From the IMG/VR virus record IMGVR_UViG_3300021124_000347, positions 1 through 28,366 of that record: a stretch of DNA of 28,366 nucleotides. The stretch is one strand, 5' to 3'. Position numbers and translations under genes: made by a program. Below the pieces are notes generated by a model. It saw only the letters and a list, made by a program, of their open reading frames with translations, did no database searches and was not told the DNA's origin. This stretch comes from a virus (Duplodnaviria > Caudoviricetes). Below, one piece after another: positions 25,049-28,366 of this stretch (the first letter of the stretch is position 1; each line of letters opens with the position of its first letter).

Positions 25049-25507
25049 ATGAAAATGAACGAAATCATCCTAGAAGCTGGTGGTCAGCCAATCTACTATT
25101 TTGCATACGGCATGTTAACCGATCCTGGTATTATGAGTGATGCTAAGTTTATTGGGCGTGGGCAGTTACAAAATTATAAATTTGAATTTTATAAATTTGC
25201 TGATGTTATAGAAACCGCTGGCTCGCATGTTGATGGTGTCCTATGGGAACTTCCAGATGAAGCCATGCTGCGCTATCTTGATCATATTGAAAGCTACCCT
25301 AATATGTATGGTAGGAAGATTGTCCCAATCTTTGTGGGCGGTGAAAAGTATGAAGCATGGGTATATTATATGACCCCATCTACCCGTGAATGGGCAGTCA
25401 GAGACCGCCGCCCTAGTGATTCCTATGTTACAACCATAGTAAATGGGTATAAACACGCTGGAATTACCACAAATCAGGTCGGAAAAGCCTATAAAGAAAT
25501 TGCTTGA
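25049..25507 (+). CDS. Gamma-glutamylcyclotransferase (AIG2-like) family protein
   Basis: YYFAYG, V.GVLWEL, LDHIESYP..Y.R, AWVY; TAAATA 7 nt before the ATG. Confidence 0.87.
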   Translation: MKMNEIILEAGGQPIYYFAYGMLTDPGIMSDAKFIGRGQLQNYKFEFYKFADVIETAGSHVDGVLWELPDEAMLRYLDHIESYPNMYGRKIVPIFVGGEKYEAWVYYMTPSTREWAVRDRRPSDSYVTTIVNGYKHAGITTNQVGKAYKEIA

Positions 25508-25531
25508 CAACCCCTATATCTGTGTTATATT
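25504..25531 (+). promoter_or_regulatory. Early promoter (family member) for the RNA ligase
   Basis: TTGACAacccctatatctgtgtTATATT, then AGGAG. Confidence 0.85.
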
Positions 25532-25554
25532 AAGTTATAAACAGGAGTAGGACC

Positions 25555-26739
25555 ATGCACTACGAATTTCCCCGTATCACTCACCTTGATCAGGTTCGTC
25601 CTGCTATTGCGGGTCGTGATGAATTTATCATTGCTGAGCGTGATTGGGGCTATGTAGTCAATTACATGGTATCAATGACCGATACCTTTCCGCCTGTTGA
25701 ATCAGAGTTGGATGCAATTCGTCGTGAGTGTCGTGGTATGCTGTTTCACAAGGATGGCTCTATCATGGCTCGTCGTCTGCATAAGTTCTTCAACATCGGT
25801 GAGCGTGATGAAACGCAGTTTGGTGCGATTGACTTTTCACAGCCGCATGTTATCTTAGAGAAGTTAGACGGCTCTATGATAACGCCTGTCTCTATGCCCG
25901 ATGGTAGCATCCGTTGGGGAACCAAGATGGGTCTTACCGAAGTCTCTATGCAAGCAGAAGAGTTCGTTGCTCGTCATTCACAGTATGAGCAGTTTGCTCG
26001 TATGGTCATGGATAACTTGGGCTTTACTCCTATCTTTGAATGGTGCTCACGCAAGCAACGCATTGTGGTTGATTATCCAGAAGATCGTCTTGTGCTGATT
26101 GCTGCTCGTAACACTATTAGCGGCAAGTATTTCAGCCTTCGTTGGTTGCAAGAATATGGCGAGATGTATGACATAGAAGTTGTAAAGACCTATGAAGGTT
26201 CTGCACAATCTATGGCACACCTTATGGATGAAACTCGTGATGCCGAAGGCATTGAAGGTTACATCGTTCGCTTTGACGATGGTCACATGGTCAAGTGCAA
26301 GGGTGAGTGGTACCTGCGTATTCACAAGACTAAGGACAATCTGCTTCACGAGAAGAACATTATTGAACTTCTTGTTGAAGAAAAGATGGATGATGCTAAG
26401 GCGTTCATGTTAGATGATGACCGCAAGCGTGTTGAAGAATTTGAAACTGACTTTTGGATTGGTGTTGCCCAAGTCATCAAGTCATATGACCAATACTACG
26501 ACACGGTTGTTGCTCATGGTCTTGACCGTAAGCGTTATGCGTTAGAGTGGATGCCTACTATCAAGGCACAAGACCAGTTCGCACCTGGCATTGTGTTTGG
26601 TAAGTTTGATGGTAAGGATACTCGCAAGATGGTGTTGGACTTAATCCGCAAGCATCTTGGTAGCCAGACCAAGGTAGATGAAGCCCGCTCACTATGGGGT
26701 TCATTCCGTTGGACTTATCACTTTGAGGGCGATGCCTAA
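25555..26739 (+). CDS. rnlA: RNA ligase 1 (T4 Rnl1-like)
   Basis: RECRG, KFFN, motif I EKLDGS, motif III FEW, motif IV EGYIV, motif V KCKGEWY. Confidence 0.92.
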   Translation: MHYEFPRITHLDQVRPAIAGRDEFIIAERDWGYVVNYMVSMTDTFPPVESELDAIRRECRGMLFHKDGSIMARRLHKFFNIGERDETQFGAIDFSQPHVILEKLDGSMITPVSMPDGSIRWGTKMGLTEVSMQAEEFVARHSQYEQFARMVMDNLGFTPIFEWCSRKQRIVVDYPEDRLVLIAARNTISGKYFSLRWLQEYGEMYDIEVVKTYEGSAQSMAHLMDETRDAEGIEGYIVRFDDGHMVKCKGEWYLRIHKTKDNLLHEKNIIELLVEEKMDDAKAFMLDDDRKRVEEFETDFWIGVAQVIKSYDQYYDTVVAHGLDRKRYALEWMPTIKAQDQFAPGIVFGKFDGKDTRKMVLDLIRKHLGSQTKVDEARSLWGSFRWTYHFEGDA

Positions 26740-27149
26740 TGTTGGTAATTGAAATAACATCGGTTATCACATTTGCTGCAATCATGGTCGCATGCTACGT
26801 TGTGTGTGCTATGATTGCAGGAGCATTTGATATTCATGAGGGTAATTGGCGTAATAAATTAAAAATATACAAATGGTGGTTTCTTTCCAAGTATACCAAT
26901 TACAGGTATAAACATCAGGCTAATGTTACAATTGTTGAGGGCGCTCACGCATCCACGGTTAAAGAATTATATGAAGAAATACGTCTTTGGGTTGTAGAAA
27001 ATATTGACAATTTTGAAAAAACAGTATGGGTAGAATGTAACGATATTGTAGCAAATAATATTACACTAATAAGTGTAGAGCCAACGGTGTTTGTTTTTAA
27101 GTTTAAGCGAGCAGAAGATTTAACACATTTTGTAATGAGGTGGGGATGA
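26739..27149 (+). CDS. Hypothetical protein with N-terminal TM and C-terminal 'F.MRW' domain
   Basis: TAATG-coupled; hydrophobic N-terminus; ends FKFKRAEDLTHFVMRWG. Confidence 0.75.
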   Translation: MLVIEITSVITFAAIMVACYVVCAMIAGAFDIHEGNWRNKLKIYKWWFLSKYTNYRYKHQANVTIVEGAHASTVKELYEEIRLWVVENIDNFEKTVWVECNDIVANNITLISVEPTVFVFKFKRAEDLTHFVMRWG

Positions 27150-27153
27150 TGCT

Positions 27154-27342
27154 ATGGGCGTGATCGCAGATAATCTACCAAAAACAGAGTGGCAGTATAA
27201 TGGTGTTGCTCCAATGGATGAGATACTGTCATGGTGTAAGCAGACCCTGATCGCACACACCTATGGCTACTATGGCTGGGAGACCATCTACTTCTTTGAT
27301 AAGTCAGCGTATGTATTATTTTTAATGCGGTGGGCAGGATGA
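27154..27342 (+). CDS. Hypothetical protein ('F.MRW' family)
   Basis: EILSWCKQ...YFFDKSAYVLFLMRWAG. Confidence 0.72.
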   Translation: MGVIADNLPKTEWQYNGVAPMDEILSWCKQTLIAHTYGYYGWETIYFFDKSAYVLFLMRWAG

Positions 27343-27635
27343 TAGGATTTCATTTACGTATAGGCAATCCATTTGCCAAATCTTGGGTATTTACTCGTGA
27401 TAAGTTTTTACGAAATTATCGCATTACCAAACATAAAAACTTGGAAATACAAGTTTCATTTTGGAGTGGTTTAGATGAATTTTTTAGTATCAATCTTGAC
27501 ACTTGGTGGTTTGGTCGTGATCATGCTGGTCCAGAATTTGACTTGACAATCTTATGGTTTTATGTTAGTGTTAAATTATATGATGATCGTCATTGGGACG
27601 ATGCGAATGAGTGTTGGGAAAAGCACGATGAATGA
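27339..27635 (+). CDS. Hypothetical phage protein
   Basis: ATG 27339 (ATGA overlap); Trp-rich, DHAGP and YDDRHWD motifs. Confidence 0.72.
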   Translation: MIGFHLRIGNPFAKSWVFTRDKFLRNYRITKHKNLEIQVSFWSGLDEFFSINLDTWWFGRDHAGPEFDLTILWFYVSVKLYDDRHWDDANECWEKHDE

Positions 27636-27858
27636 ACGAATTAAAGAACTTGCGCTAGATGCTGGTCTGTTGAACTATGTAGATCATGAAACACCAAGGC
27701 ACTACTTCATTAGTGGCAATGCCGAACAAGAAGATGTTGAGAAGTTTGCTGAACTAATTGTGCGTGAATGTATGGAATGGTGTGATGCTCATGCTACGAT
27801 TGATGGCACTGCTCAAAAGATTCGTGATGATATAAAGAAATATTTTGGAGTTGAATGA
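27628..27858 (+). CDS. Hypothetical phage protein (MNERIKELA...EKFAELIVREC type)
   Basis: ATG 27628 overlaps the upstream stop; pattern recalled from small phage proteins. Confidence 0.75.
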   Translation: MNERIKELALDAGLLNYVDHETPRHYFISGNAEQEDVEKFAELIVRECMEWCDAHATIDGTAQKIRDDIKKYFGVE

Positions 27859-28034
27859 TGGAAGAAAAAATTTCAGCAATCCGTGAAAAGATTGCCAAGT
27901 TAGAGCAGTATCGTGATTTGGTATGGTTTATTGCCAATGACTCGTATGAATTGAGTTATGAAAAGGCACAACAGCAGCGTGATGATTGGCGTAAACGCTG
28001 TCAGCGGTTGTTGAAAGAAGTAGAGACCTACTAA
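27858..28034 (+). CDS. Hypothetical protein, 58 aa (not in ORF track)
   Basis: MEEKISAIREKIAKLEQYRDLVWF...VETY*; GGAG SD; coupled at both ends. Confidence 0.7.
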   Translation: MEEKISAIREKIAKLEQYRDLVWFIANDSYELSYEKAQQQRDDWRKRCQRLLKEVETY

Positions 28035-28321
28035 TGGGTTTAGATACCTTCACAGTTAAAACATATCATATCACGCTTACCTGTGATGCATGTGGTCATG
28101 TTGAAGAACATGTGCATGAGGAAAACGATAAAGATAATTTGGCTGATAATATTGACAATCGCAGTGCCAAGCGTAAAGAACAATTGCGTGGTTGGCACTA
28201 TTCTTATTATAAGATGGAACCAGTATGGGATGCATACTCAAGATTTGAAAGTCCAGATGTAAAAGAAATGACACGCACACTGTTGTGTCCAAAATGCAGT
28301 GAGGAGAATATAAATGTTTGA
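28034..28321 (+). CDS. Hypothetical zinc-ribbon protein
   Basis: CDAC and CPKC pairs; TAATG coupling. Confidence 0.72.
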   Translation: MGLDTFTVKTYHITLTCDACGHVEEHVHEENDKDNLADNIDNRSAKRKEQLRGWHYSYYKMEPVWDAYSRFESPDVKEMTRTLLCPKCSEENINV

Positions 28322-28366
28322 AGCAGAATATAAATGGTATTTTATTATGGTAGCCGTAGCAGTTGT
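28314..28366 (+). CDS. Start of a hypothetical (membrane) protein, truncated by the window end
   Basis: GAGGAG SD, ATG 28314, MFEAEYKWYFIMVAVAV... Confidence 0.6.
   Translation, partial: MFEAEYKWYFIMVAVAV

Noticed and set aside
2887-28292. Many short antisense or alternate-frame ORFs in the track (e.g. 8264..8647, 10795..11163, 14499..14876, 26047..26349)
   Set aside because: They are nested in well-supported genes, lack SD or promoter signals, and have no recognisable motifs.
28305-28336. 12-nt direct repeat AGAATATAAATG
   Set aside because: Short, AT-rich, two copies only; no function can be supported.
1-28366. Stop-codon reassignment (alternative genetic code)
   Set aside because: Long genes are intact under the standard code, TAA, TGA and TAG all end plausible genes, and no suppressor tRNA is present.

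Overview
The window is a gene-dense, AT-rich segment of a large tailed phage, probably a T4-like or jumbo myovirus. This rests on a repeated TTGACA-N16/17-TATATT early promoter family, T4-type (TA)TAAATA late promoters, five CCA-encoding tRNAs, an Rnl1-type RNA ligase with a split polynucleotide kinase/phosphatase, and a GH19 endolysin. No capsid, tail or replication genes are present, so taxonomy and host are inferred; many apparently leaderless genes weakly suggest an alphaproteobacterial host. Accessory cargo includes a membrane class III adenylate cyclase, four N-terminal-twitch radical SAM proteins, a SpeD-like decarboxylase, an NDP-sugar C-methyltransferase, a pol-beta nucleotidyltransferase, a PD-(D/E)XK-like nuclease, an Ntn hydrolase, and a helicase-methyltransferase fusion with a partner half-methyltransferase. 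The three best leads are: (1) tRNA-Arg(TCT), an amidinotransferase and an ATE/Bpt-like aminoacyl-tRNA-protein transferase side by side; (2) late enzymes sharing a T4-internal-protein-like capsid-targeting N-terminus, i.e. candidate injected effectors; (3) a duplicated promoter-plus-gene-start cassette marking a gene-shuffling hot spot. All family calls come from motifs read by eye, not database searches.
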